Below are positions 46,076-58,200 of a DNA stretch of 64,000 nt, one piece after another (position 1 is the stretch's first letter; every line of letters starts with the position of its first letter). The notes below the pieces were generated by a model. The model was given only the letters and a program-made list of their open reading frames with translations. It searched no databases and was not told the DNA's origin. The position numbers and the translations under genes were made by a program. Source of the stretch: Promethearchaeota archaeon (GTDB lineage: Archaea > Asgardarchaeota > Thorarchaeia > Thorarchaeales > Thorarchaeaceae); contig WJMJ01000018.1 of NCBI GenBank assembly GCA_014728035.1, positions 32,001 through 96,000 on the forward strand, read 5' to 3'.

Positions 46076-49000
46076 CTATTTTTTCCGTCTGGAAGCTAGT
46101 AGCGCAATTATGACCACCACAATAGCCGCACTGCCCAGAAGGACAATGACATCCATAGGTATGTCTCCAATCGGAGCTGAAGGTTCTGTAGTAGTTGTTG
46201 TCGTTGTTGGTACTGTTACAGGACCTTGACCAACAATGTATGAACCAACCTGTGATGCATAACTATCGCCATCTGCGATAACCACCACTTTGAAGAACAC
46301 CTGCGTGTCTTCTGGGAAGGGACCAATCAGTCCGGTCCAGTGTGAACCATATACATTGGTCATATCTACACTAATCCAATTTGATTCATCCCTGCTATCA
46401 CCATAGAGAAGATAGACCTCTACATTTTCAAGTTCAGTAGAGATATCTACGCCAATCTCTACAGGGTCATCAGCAGTAGGAATAGTTGGATTGATTGACA
46501 ATGATGAGAAATCAACTCCAGTTATGGGCCCACTTTGGCCACTGCCAGATGCTGATGAATAACCAACAAAGACAGGATCCTGGTAGACGCTATAGCCACC
46601 CCATTCAGGGAATCCTATTGTGACATAGAACATGTTCGTACTGAAGGACCAACCTGTGGCACTCTGTCCGTTATCAGACTGGAATGAGTTCTGGAACGTA
46701 CCCATTGGTGTAGTATAGCTCAATACATCGTAGCGTTGAGATGTATTCTTACCCCAATCATAAGCAACTCCACCCATTATCATCTCAGCAAACTTAGCAC
46801 CAGAGGTGGCAAAGTTGAACGTTTCAGAGGAAACAGTTGTGTCTGATGTTGCAGCAGTACCATTAGCATCTACCGTGTATACATCATTCATTGAGACCTC
46901 AGCAAAGTAGTTCAAAGCTAATGAACGGTTAATTAGATTGTCACGTCCACCAGAGCGGTCTACGTCCCAATTACCAACATAGTTGTCTACTTTCAGGTCA
47001 GCATAGTTGTTCATGGCTCCAGCAGTTTCATTGATGTGACCTTGGAAGTGAACAAGGAATGAAAGTTCGTCTATACTAACCTTAGTTGGACGTTCATCAA
47101 AAGTTCTCAAATCCGAACCTGCCTGAACACCATCATACCAACCCCAATAACCATCCAAAGTATATGGGAATACTGTACCATTAACCTCAGTAAAAGTTAC
47201 ACCCCAAGTGACTTCATCAGTCAGGTTAAGACGTATGGAATCAGTGTCGTTGGTATTGCCATAAGCTTCACCAGGAGTAACAAAACCTACGCTGGTAACA
47301 GAATCTGGAATCAAGTAATGGGAGAGTTCTCCACTACCTGGGTCATCTGGAAATACATCCATCTGATTGTTTTCATTCTCATCTTCCCAAATCATCAATC
47401 CGCTATATTCGTAGTGCATGTTTATACCAAGCCAATGCTCAATATCATTCACTACGTATGAGGTACCATAATTCTGTCCAACACCAAAACTAAGCCAAGT
47501 CCAAGATTGTTCATTGGAAGATATCCAATCCCAACCATTTGCTTCAGCTTCAGCCAGAATATCAGCCCATGTAACATTCTCAGCCATCCATGAAAGATCC
47601 CAGTAACCAGGTTGTGGTTCACCTTCTTCCGTCAGTAATATGGCTTTGACCTCATCCATCTCACTGGCATTCAGTTGAGTGAATGTAGTAGCATCATACC
47701 AGTAGAAGGACTGATTCCATTCGTATGTCCATGTGAAGGTATCTAGACCCATCCAGGAATGAATGTCCATATTATCACCATAGGCAGTTACGTTGGGATC
47801 CCAATCAATATTGACTGACATCCTATCCCAGGTGTGATTCCAGCTGTCTGTAGAGGAGTATTCCTCTTGCACGAAGTATTGGTCATTTGTAGTTTCAAGA
47901 TTTCCATCTAAGTCTAGAGCACCATTACTCGGATTGGTAGTCCAGGATTGAAGTCCCCACATACCCCATTGCGGTACGCCAATAATAAGCTCGTTGAAGT
48001 TCTTGTTAGTAGTACTATCAATTGGCTCAGGTCCATAAATCATCGGATAACCCCATCGTTGTCGTAGTCTCTTGATGCTCTCCATATTAGCAGATGCAGT
48101 CACGTTAGCACCTTCATATGTGAAATTGTATAGTGCACGAGTACCGCGTTCCATATTTAGGAAGATATCTCCAGATGAGCTAGCATTAACAAGACGAAAA
48201 GTCCAGACAGTATAGCCATACCACTCATGTTCATAGGTTTCGCCATTAAAGTCGAAAACCCAATCATGGGTTGTACTATTTCTATAGGCATAAGCCATAT
48301 GAGTAGCTACAATAGGTAATTGTTCCCAGTTTGTTAGATTAATCCAAGTTCCATTCAAAGCTTTGTAGTAATAGTAAGTCACATTATCAATGAATTGTGA
48401 CTCAGGATACGTCATCTGTGAATAGAATGTAGTTCCGTTTACATTATACTCGTTCACTCTGAATACATTAGTTTCTTCAACTAACCAATCAGTTGAGTTG
48501 GTCACAAGATCTAGATATTCGTGAGTGTCATTGTAATAGATTGGCCAATCTGAATCGGTATATTCGGGGATATATTGAATTGACTCAATTACATTAAACG
48601 TAAGTGAATCATCGAAAGTACCAATATCTCCTAGGCGTCCAATCTGAACTGGATCCCAGATCTCTGTTCCATTTGCAGTGGTATATGGAATATTGGTGTA
48701 CTCATCTAATTCAAAAGATGTGCCACTGATATCAATCCAGGTGTCCCATTCTGTCAAATTATAGACTGGATAGTAAGTTCCTTGATATTTTGCAAATTTG
48801 AGACTTGGTACCAGTCCACCATCACTTTCAGTTCGTTCTACATCCCAGTAGTACTCAGCATTAGCTCCATCGTATGGCATCTCATATTCAACACCGTCGA
48901 TTTCAGTATACCATGCTCGATGAACACGCCAGCTCTCCAGAACTAGAGTTCGTTCGGAACCATCGTATTCCACATTGTAATAGTATTGTGGATAACTAAC

Positions 49001-51976
49001 ATAGGTCAAGACACCATCTATGGTCGTCTGATAACGATATCGATAGTTCACAGAATCATAGACTTCTTCAACCTCATAGAGGTTTCCGTCGGTATCAGTC
49101 ATATAGTATGTATTATCACGACTTGACCACCACCATTGAGAGAGCTCAAGTGTGCTACTCTCGCCATAACGAACAAACTTGTTCTGATTATACCGGTCTA
49201 CTTCTACTCTATCATAGAATTCAAAACTTTGAAGGTTCCATTTTTCGTATTCTATGCCACCTTGATGAACTACTCCATCAATATCAATCCAATAGATATA
49301 CTTAGTACTTCCATGAAGCCAAGATAGATGCTGTTCCATTGTTGTTAGGAAGCTGTCTCCAGTTGTAGTTGTAACATTGTAAATGTATGCAACATCATCA
49401 TATGTCACATAAATCTTTGATTCGTTCTTAAGTTCGTAGTAGTAGTAATCCCGGTCATTCACTGGATCCCAGTGATCGTAGAAGAAGAATTGCTCCCACG
49501 TATTTCCACTACTAGGATCATAGTTTTCGTATACTTTAATGGGGAGAATCTCGCCATCGATTTTGATGTAAGGAATCTCCTTACCCATTAGATAATCTGA
49601 TCCCTCATTTGTACAAAGAGTATTGTTGTAGTAAGCTAATTGGTTTTCAATTGGTGCAACATAGATTTGTTCACCATTGTGTTCGAAGCTATTAACCCAC
49701 TCTCTATCCCATGATAGAACATCGTAGTAATCCCATGGTTGAGTGTAGTCTTCATGCCAAGTATTATTCATAAATGAAAAGTCCCACCAATAACTGGTGT
49801 CAGCAACAGTTTCACTCATGTTTACTAAGAATGAAACGACCAGATCACCACCATCGGTCCAGTTATTGAAACTGGATATCTGACAGAAATCAGCTGGAAT
49901 AGCTGCTTCAGGACTCCTTGCAGGTATGTAGTTCTCCTGCCATTCATGTTCTAGTTGGTTGTAATACCACCATTGCCAATGCCAGTCTTCAATCTCTGTC
50001 CACTGCCATTCCCAATACTCACCATATGCCCAATCCCAAGTGTTGGTAGCTGAATTATATTCATAGTGCCAACCCGTGATATTTGTGTAGACATAGTCCC
50101 AGTAAGTACCATAGGTGTAGTTGTATTTCTCAGTCTTGTTGAATGCTGTGAATGTTGGATTACCAAGCATATCGAGAGTGACCTCATATGTCAGGTGAGA
50201 ATATCGAGATTCATCTTCGGTCCAATAGCCATCATGAGCTTCCAGCGAGAATCTTACTCCATCAATGGAGTTAGCAACTTGTAATCCTCCTTGAAGTCTT
50301 CCCTTAACCAAGAAGTTTTCACCCTTATCAGTCTGGAACATCCAACCAGTAGGTGATGTACCATCCGCATTGAGTATTTTTGCAATAGTAACAGGAGTTT
50401 CGATTGCAATCTCCTTAGCGTCTTGATACTCGTTCCAAGTCATCGGTGCATTATCTCCACCTGTATTTGGGCAATATTGATATCCATCAATACCCATTAT
50501 ACGATCCTCAAAATAGAAGGTGTATTGATTAGTAACAGGCATAGCCTGAGTGAAGTGGCCTACGAAATCCACAACTAACTCTCCACGAGCCTCAAAAGTT
50601 GTACATGCAGTATCATTTAGCTCGAAAAGTATTGGAAAGTCATCAGGTAAGGATTGTAGAACTAATTCCTCTTCATCCCAGACTCCCTCAACATAGTGAT
50701 CATAAGGATATACCCATGCTGTATACCCAGTCATAGTTTCAAAATTCCCTGTGGAAGCATTATAGATTAAATAGAGGTTTAGTTTTCGTGTATCATTTCT
50801 TAGAACTACTTCAGCTTCACTAGATTCAGTCGTTTCATTCCAGTACCATTCTAGTGCGTAATATTGCACATCTTCGAAGGTAGCAATATCAACCCAGTCT
50901 ATACGTTGATACTCTCCAAATACTTCTTCTTCATAGGAAACCTCAACTGTATCATCCCATACATAGGTGTCAAGAGTGTCATTGTAAACCCAACCACCAG
51001 TAGTGGTTCTTGTTTCCCAGTGTAGTCCAGAGTCGTTGACCATGGTTTCAATAGAATAGGGCATATCGAATATCAGAGCAGCGTAATCGATTTCACCAGT
51101 TATATTAAATCGCATTGTGAAATCGGTATTACGACTGACAGAATATAGAGTATCTCCATCTTGGTCAATTTTCTGAAGTGTATAGGAACCACCATAGGAG
51201 AAGCTCCAAGCATCTTCCCATGGAATACCAACAGCGATTCCTTGAAACTCGTAACCGCTTCCGTAATTGTATGTACCGATTGAGTTCCAATCTTCATCAA
51301 AAACCATCATATCAAGTTGGAAGAGACCAAGTGGTGCATACTGATTGAATTGTGTCTTGAATTCTACATAGTATGTATTATCATCAGTATAATTTTTACA
51401 GTTGTCTACGTCAAGGTCCATAAATGGATCAGTTGGATACGGGTTATCCAAGCTATAATTGTATAGATTAGTCCATATTGACCATGGTTCCCATGTAAAA
51501 TCAAAATCTTCGTAACCAAGTGTAAAATCAGCACTGAAATTTCCCCAGTTATCGGTCATGTACCAACCACGTAATTCTACCTTGCCTAGTTCTCCATCTT
51601 CAAAGACATTTTTCGGAACAATTACTTTGATAGTAAACCATTCTTCAACATTGACATACTCATCCATTTGCATAAGATGACCAGTCGAATTGTATATCTC
51701 GAATCGAGGAGATGGACCGAATAACCAATTTTTGTTTTCCCATGACCATTCATCGCTTGTAGAATTCGCGTCCTGATTCCATGAAACATACGTTCCATTT
51801 TCCGAGTGTGGTATATATGGTTCATATGCTGGTTGAGATTGAACAGTAGTCACTCCTGTCGTGTATTCATAAGATGGGACAGGTACTGCTGCGTTCGATC
51901 CAACTGCTAACATGGAGACCAGAAATAACGCGACGGATACAAGTGACAGAATCGTCTTTTGTTTATGTTGTCGCAT
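46076..51976 (-). CDS. Giant secreted surface glycoprotein-like protein, paralog A
   Basis: Signal peptide; W/Y/D/N/T-rich with many N-x-S/T sequons; one C-terminal Ig-like domain, Thr linker, TM and RRKK tail; ATG 51976 after GGGAG. Confidence 0.85.
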   Translation of the reverse strand: MRQHKQKTILSLVSVALFLVSMLAVGSNAAVPVPSYEYTTGVTTVQSQPAYEPYIPHSENGTYVSWNQDANSTSDEWSWENKNWLFGPSPRFEIYNSTGHLMQMDEYVNVEEWFTIKVIVPKNVFEDGELGKVELRGWYMTDNWGNFSADFTLGYEDFDFTWEPWSIWTNLYNYSLDNPYPTDPFMDLDVDNCKNYTDDNTYYVEFKTQFNQYAPLGLFQLDMMVFDEDWNSIGTYNYGSGYEFQGIAVGIPWEDAWSFSYGGSYTLQKIDQDGDTLYSVSRNTDFTMRFNITGEIDYAALIFDMPYSIETMVNDSGLHWETRTTTGGWVYNDTLDTYVWDDTVEVSYEEEVFGEYQRIDWVDIATFEDVQYYALEWYWNETTESSEAEVVLRNDTRKLNLYLIYNASTGNFETMTGYTAWVYPYDHYVEGVWDEEELVLQSLPDDFPILFELNDTACTTFEARGELVVDFVGHFTQAMPVTNQYTFYFEDRIMGIDGYQYCPNTGGDNAPMTWNEYQDAKEIAIETPVTIAKILNADGTSPTGWMFQTDKGENFLVKGRLQGGLQVANSIDGVRFSLEAHDGYWTEDESRYSHLTYEVTLDMLGNPTFTAFNKTEKYNYTYGTYWDYVYTNITGWHYEYNSATNTWDWAYGEYWEWQWTEIEDWHWQWWYYNQLEHEWQENYIPARSPEAAIPADFCQISSFNNWTDGGDLVVSFLVNMSETVADTSYWWDFSFMNNTWHEDYTQPWDYYDVLSWDREWVNSFEHNGEQIYVAPIENQLAYYNNTLCTNEGSDYLMGKEIPYIKIDGEILPIKVYENYDPSSGNTWEQFFFYDHWDPVNDRDYYYYELKNESKIYVTYDDVAYIYNVTTTTGDSFLTTMEQHLSWLHGSTKYIYWIDIDGVVHQGGIEYEKWNLQSFEFYDRVEVDRYNQNKFVRYGESSTLELSQWWWSSRDNTYYMTDTDGNLYEVEEVYDSVNYRYRYQTTIDGVLTYVSYPQYYYNVEYDGSERTLVLESWRVHRAWYTEIDGVEYEMPYDGANAEYYWDVERTESDGGLVPSLKFAKYQGTYYPVYNLTEWDTWIDISGTSFELDEYTNIPYTTANGTEIWDPVQIGRLGDIGTFDDSLTFNVIESIQYIPEYTDSDWPIYYNDTHEYLDLVTNSTDWLVEETNVFRVNEYNVNGTTFYSQMTYPESQFIDNVTYYYYKALNGTWINLTNWEQLPIVATHMAYAYRNSTTHDWVFDFNGETYEHEWYGYTVWTFRLVNASSSGDIFLNMERGTRALYNFTYEGANVTASANMESIKRLRQRWGYPMIYGPEPIDSTTNKNFNELIIGVPQWGMWGLQSWTTNPSNGALDLDGNLETTNDQYFVQEEYSSTDSWNHTWDRMSVNIDWDPNVTAYGDNMDIHSWMGLDTFTWTYEWNQSFYWYDATTFTQLNASEMDEVKAILLTEEGEPQPGYWDLSWMAENVTWADILAEAEANGWDWISSNEQSWTWLSFGVGQNYGTSYVVNDIEHWLGINMHYEYSGLMIWEDENENNQMDVFPDDPGSGELSHYLIPDSVTSVGFVTPGEAYGNTNDTDSIRLNLTDEVTWGVTFTEVNGTVFPYTLDGYWGWYDGVQAGSDLRTFDERPTKVSIDELSFLVHFQGHINETAGAMNNYADLKVDNYVGNWDVDRSGGRDNLINRSLALNYFAEVSMNDVYTVDANGTAATSDTTVSSETFNFATSGAKFAEMIMGGVAYDWGKNTSQRYDVLSYTTPMGTFQNSFQSDNGQSATGWSFSTNMFYVTIGFPEWGGYSVYQDPVFVGYSSASGSGQSGPITGVDFSSLSINPTIPTADDPVEIGVDISTELENVEVYLLYGDSRDESNWISVDMTNVYGSHWTGLIGPFPEDTQVFFKVVVIADGDSYASQVGSYIVGQGPVTVPTTTTTTTEPSAPIGDIPMDVIVLLGSAAIVVVIIALLASRRKK

Positions 51977-52181
51977 TTTCGTCAGTTCTCCCAGTGTACC
52001 TTGTATAACTCTCACTCAGCATAGGGTGTCAAATGTGCTCGAATAAATGGAGAGTCTTCAAGGTATATGGTGCGTCTTACAGAGTCTATGAAATACTCGT
52101 AAAACTAGAAATATAAACTCATACGGGATATACCATCCTTTAGAGCCCTGAAAATGTTCTATTTTTCGAATAGGATGGTGA

Positions 52182-52220
52182 TAAAAAAGAATAGATAGAG
52201 ACAGACTTGCTGTCTGCCTC
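52182..52220 (-). terminator. Hairpin terminator after the 2266-aa surface protein gene
   Basis: Minus strand GAGGCAGAC-agcaa-GTCTGTCTC followed by TATCTATTCTTTTTT. Confidence 0.6.
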
Positions 52221-52232
52221 TTTTATCCTATG

Positions 52233-55200
52233 CTATTTGCGTTTCTTGACAAGAAAGACTATCATCAGGATGACAACTACACCTGCAGCTCCAGCAACTA
52301 TCATCATCGTACTGCCCACATCAATTGGGGGACCATCAGTGAATGTAGTTGTTATGGTTGTGGATGAGGATGCTTCTTCTACGGTGTAAGTATCAGAAGC
52401 TGATATCCGCTCATTGCCGAGGGAGTCATAAGCAACAATGCGATAAGTGACTGTAGTTTGGTCAGCTTGTCCCGGAATTTCTCCAGAATAAACATCACCG
52501 CTAGCAGTCATTGTCACATTTACCCAATCATCATCACCAATCTTGTACTGAAGAACAACATCACCTAAACCAGAGTCATCACGTACCGTAGCTGATACAG
52601 TAACAACATCATCGGGTCTTGGTACTTCAGGCGAATATGCCATATTGTTGATCGATGGACCGCTTGTATCAGGACCAATTAGTTGGAAGTGGAAATCATA
52701 GTCAGCAGACTCAACCCAATTGCCAGCACCATCAATTGCGATAACAGTGTATGTAATGTAAGATCCTTCTTCTTGATTAGGAATAGTGCCTGTATAGGTA
52801 CTTCCACTATCGAGAACCATCGTTACATTGTGTTCTACTGCCTCACTATCCGAGTATGATAGAATTACTTCGGATAGACCCGAACCACCGGAATCAGTCA
52901 CATCCGCACTGACAATTGCTATCTCCTTACCTTCACCATCAGTACCGTTTATAGCACTGACATTTGTTACTTGAGGAGCGATATTGTCAGGGAAGTTATG
53001 ACTACGTGGTGAAGATGCTGCTTCATTGCCGGCGTTATCAATAGCAACTACAACATAGTTGAAGGTGTATTGATTGTCGTCTGTACGGTCTATATCGACT
53101 TCCCACTGGTCAGTATTGCTGTTGTATGTTGCACTGGTATTAGTTCCTGAGCTGGTATCCATAACTAGTACTTCTGCCACTCCTGAACCACTATCAGATA
53201 CTTCAATATCAAGATGCAAAGTTTCAGCTGTGCTACTCTCAGTTATGCTGTCAATCGAGGGTGGAGTAACATCAGTACTTCCTGAGGAAGAATATCCTAC
53301 AAACACAGGGTCAACTGTTACGGTGTAACCATCCCACCACTTGAAGTTAATCAGAGTGTAGAATTGATTTGAGGATACACTGAATGTGGTTGCTGTTCCA
53401 CCAACATCTGACATGTACGTTGCTTCAAAAGCACTAAGTGGAACTGTTTGAGAGTCAACTGTTGCATTGTATGATGCGTTCTTAGCCCAAGTATATGGTG
53501 ATCCACCGAGATTCATTGCAGCTACTGGAACACTTCCATTAAGCTTGGCAGTGAAATTACTCGAGGCACTTGTTCCGGTGTTTTGTATTTCAGAGTTGAA
53601 ATCATCGTGATAAGTCGCATTATACGGTTGTTCACCTAAAATGATTGACACATCACTATAGAATGCTAATCCAAGACTGTAACCAGAAAGGACACTTCGT
53701 CCACCAGGTGCGTCAACATCCCAGTTGCCTACGGTCATATCGTATTTGACTTCAGCAGTGTTGGTTGATTCACCCGTATCAGTTCCAGTGAAATGAACTG
53801 AAATTCCAATCTCATCAACCGATGCCCCACTAGGACGGCTATCAAATGAGTTCAGGTCAGTATTGTAATACTGTCCCTGATACCAGTCCCAATAGGAATA
53901 GTCTCCGAATGGAAATACTACACCTGAAACATTATTGAAAGTAACACCAAAGGTTATGGTTTCATTAACAGGACGATATGCTTCTCCAGTATCACTCGAG
54001 TTGCTCCACGCCTCACCGGGTCGTACAAAGCTTACTGATTCTACATCAACAGGCATCCAATAGTGAGTCACTTCTGAATCATCAAGATTTGCGGTATTCA
54101 GCTCCATGATATTGCTATCATCAGTATCGTTCCAAGCAAACATTCCTGCGTACTCGTACCATATACTGACATCAGCAAAGAAGGTATCAGTTCCATTTGT
54201 AAACTGGGTCTGATATTCTTCTGAGATCTCCCACCATAGCCAACTCCATTCCTGACTGCTTTCGGGAACCCAGTCCCATCCCTGCTCGATAGCCTGTTGT
54301 TTCAGAGCTATTGAGGAGAAGTTCTCAGCCATCCAAGCAACGCCCCAATAACCAGCATTGGGATGTCCCTCAGTATTGAAGATTGTCGTGTTGATGAAGT
54401 CAAATCGTGAAGAATTCACAACCTCGCCAGAATCAGCTTCGTACCATGTGAAGTTATCCCACCAATTGGAAGTATAGTTTACAGTGTACATTCCTGTGTA
54501 GGAAGACATGTAGACCTCATCACCATAGATCGATACGTTATCTGGATCCCAGAGGATATTTACCTTAAGGTACTCCTGAGTCACATTATACGTGTCAGTA
54601 CTATTCCAAGTATTTCTGACAAAGAACTGATCATCAGAAGTTTCAAGATTACCATCGAGGTCAATAGCTCCATTATTTGGATTGGTGGCCCATGTTGCTA
54701 CACCCCACATTCCATAGTCCGGACTGCCGGTCACAAAGGACCATTGTTCCTTAACGATAGAGATTGGCAAAGGTACATAGTCGAGCTTCTTGGAATGACC
54801 CCAGACCTTGTAGGCTTTGTAGATCATATCACGAGAACCATTTATGATGTACTCTTGTGCATTGTGACTGAAATTGAACTTTGGTAGACTGAATTCACGA
54901 CCTTGTTCGAGGGGTTTAATCTCTAAAGTGTCAGTTGAGTTAACCAATGCCAGATATTCTTCAACATCAAGATTCCAGAAATCATCTTGGGGTACCCAAT
55001 TCTGAATATCAATATCCCAATGTTGGATAGTGTAATTCGTGTAGTTATACCAGTATCCATCAAATAGAAACTGATCAATATCCGTGGAGATATTGTAGTC
55101 GCTTGGTTCTAATACCTCAATTGTAAATTCTCGCCATTCATACCATCTATGTTGAGTACCATTGAGGTCGTATATATACCAGAATTCGGGTTCGTAGTAT

Positions 55201-58200
55201 GGATTACCATCTCCATCATAGTTTAGAACAGCCTTATCTGCAATCCATGGATCAGGAGTGTAAATTATTGTTCCATTATCCAATGTAACATTGAAGAAAT
55301 ACCCTCGTTTGAGCCATGTATAGTTCAGATAATTTCCGTTGATAGTCTCCACGTAGTCATATTGTGGATTTGCAGTAGTGTTGGTATCGAATATTTGAGC
55401 ATCATGCTGATTATTAATATAACCAGACACAAGATCAATGTACCCAGCTACTTCGAAATCTCGAGTCTGAGGATTTGTCGAACCATAAGCAATACTCCAA
55501 CCACAATGCCGAATGTCAGGTATGAACATTCCATCTCGGTTAGTAGTAACCCATGGATACTCATCCTCTATTGGATTCCACCGGGAACTCTCATTGGTAC
55601 CGTACCTAGTAAGATTGTAATCAGTAGCACCCACAGTAGCTATGTATCCAGGATAAAAATACCCATAGAGATTGTCATAGTACTGTACATCCTCTTTGAT
55701 TGCTTCAACCCATTGACCTTCGATGTTTACTCGAATGTCCGCAGGTGTCTGATATTCCAAGTTCCAGAAGGACCAGACCTCAGCACCAGGATAGGGTAAT
55801 TGCTGTTCAGTTCCACCCACCTCAGTGTATGCAAAGAAGTCAATAGTCTGTTCAGGAACATTGATGTCATAACCGTTCCAAGAGCCATAATACATACGAT
55901 ACGGCCATGGACCACGGAACAGCCAATTAAGTTCTGTACCGTTGTAATAGTAATATTCCCAATTGTCAGTTAGAGGACAATACATTTCATAGACATGAAG
56001 TTCTTGCCAAGTCTGATTGACATAGAGGACATAATGATCAAATTGCCAGAATGGTTCTGTTGCTACATTGATTGGAATAGTCCCATTTGCATAGATAACT
56101 AGGTTACCTTCTCGGACCGGAGTAGTCTCGTTCATGTTCACAACTGTCGCTGTATCCCATGTACTCGAATCAGCAAATATTCTCGTGCCATTTAGAGCAT
56201 AGACATACAATTGTTCACTAAGTTTCCAATCTGCATAATGTCGCGAGTCAGAGGCATTCCTTGATGAAAGGAACCAGGTGCCATCTGAAAAGGTAGTATT
56301 GAAAATTCTACTTTGATAACCAGATTCGATGTATATCTTCGTACCATTTAGTAAACGATAGTAGTAGATGCTATTTCCTGTGTAGCCACCAGTACTCGGG
56401 TCATAGGCATCATCATCCCACTCTTCGAAAATAATAGTGTCCCAGGTATAGCCAGACTGATCGGTTTGGGTTAGGGTTTTCACATAATGCTTCATCCCAT
56501 CCAACCAAATCCAAGAATCCTTGCGCGTTTCATATAGACTGTGTGTGATATTGTCTCTCAAAACAAAGTCCTGTGAAGGTGTGTCAACATAGTATTGCTG
56601 ACCATCACTACTGTTGTAATAGCTATATACTGAGTCTTCTACCCAGCCAACAACAGTATGTTCACCCCAATCTGATTCATAATCTGTAACTAGGGTAAGA
56701 TTACCATAGAAGTACTCCCAATCCCATTCCATCTCAGGCATATCGGGTTGGACTTGTAAATCAAATACAACTCTCAAGTCGTTGCCAATTGTTGTGTAAT
56801 TCAGATTACTCGGAGTGAGGAACGTACCTGGCATAACAGTTTCGTTTGACTGTCGAGGTACCCAATCGTTTGTCCAATCATTTGCGGTGAAATTCCAAAT
56901 CTTATGTTCCCAATGCCAATCAGTTATCTCAACAAGTTGCCATTCATATATTCCAGAACCGGGAGCAACCTCATTATATTGCCAGTCCCAATAGGTACTA
57001 TTTTCATAGCTTGTTCGTTCTGTAAAGTTGTAAGCTTTTACCTGAAAATCACCTTCAGGAGTGACTTTTACGAATATCTCAACTTCAGACCACTGATTCC
57101 AATCAGATGTTCCGCTGCTACCCCATTTGTCATCCCATGCTCTCAGAACGAAAGCAACACCATCAATATCAGAAGCATAGCTTGCGCCACCTTGTAATCT
57201 AGACTTGACAGTGAAATTGTCGAGGCTATCAACAGCAAACATCCAAGATGGATCATAAGGTTGACCCTCATGTAAGAGACGAACAACTGCTGTTGGACTC
57301 TCAACTGAAAGCTGATGTAAAGCTTGGTAGGCTGTTGCATCAGTTGATGAGGCTGTAGGTAGATATACATTCGGAACTAATCGTTTTCCATCTATACTTA
57401 GTACTTTATCTTCAACCCAAAGTGGTTGTGAATCCCCGCCAGTGGGCAGGATTTCTTCGCTGACATGACCACGAAATGTAACGTAATCAAATCCATCAAT
57501 TGTATAGTTTTGACTTGTAGTAGTGTTTAGAATGTATGGTTTAGGAGCTTCGATATCAGTAGGCCAATCCTCATAGAATGTTTCTTGATACCATTGAGGA
57601 CTATACCCACTAGGATCAGAAGGATCTACAACTAGAGTTTCATTATCAATTGTATACGAATATTTTGAACTCCAAGTTCCATCACTGAAATTGAAAATCA
57701 GAGCTTGGCGAGCCCAAGCGAAAGACATCCATTCATATTGTATGACCCAATCTGAGCCACTCCACTCGTAGTGAACCTTTCGATATTCACGACCTGGATC
57801 AATCCATTTGGTCCGAGTCTCCCAGTGAAAACCATGTTTGTAAACCGTTGATGTTACTGAAACCGTATCGTTCCAATAATAGGTTTCACTTGTAGAATTA
57901 TATTCCCATCCACCAGTAACTTCTTGGGTTTCGGTGTATGGACCATAGACCCACTCTTCATCTTCCACAGATTGTGGAAGATCGATGTATACAATCACCG
58001 CACCAGGATTTTCACTCTTGATTTTGGCTGTCATATTGAAGTCTACACCACGTGTAGCAGAATAGACTGGATTGCCATCATCATCGTAACGATCCCAATA
58101 ATAGTAACCGCCAGCACCCTGTTGAATGACCTCCTCAAAAGTCATACCGACTGCTCTGGCACTTAGTTCATCATTCTCACTTTCTGCAAGCGTATTAATA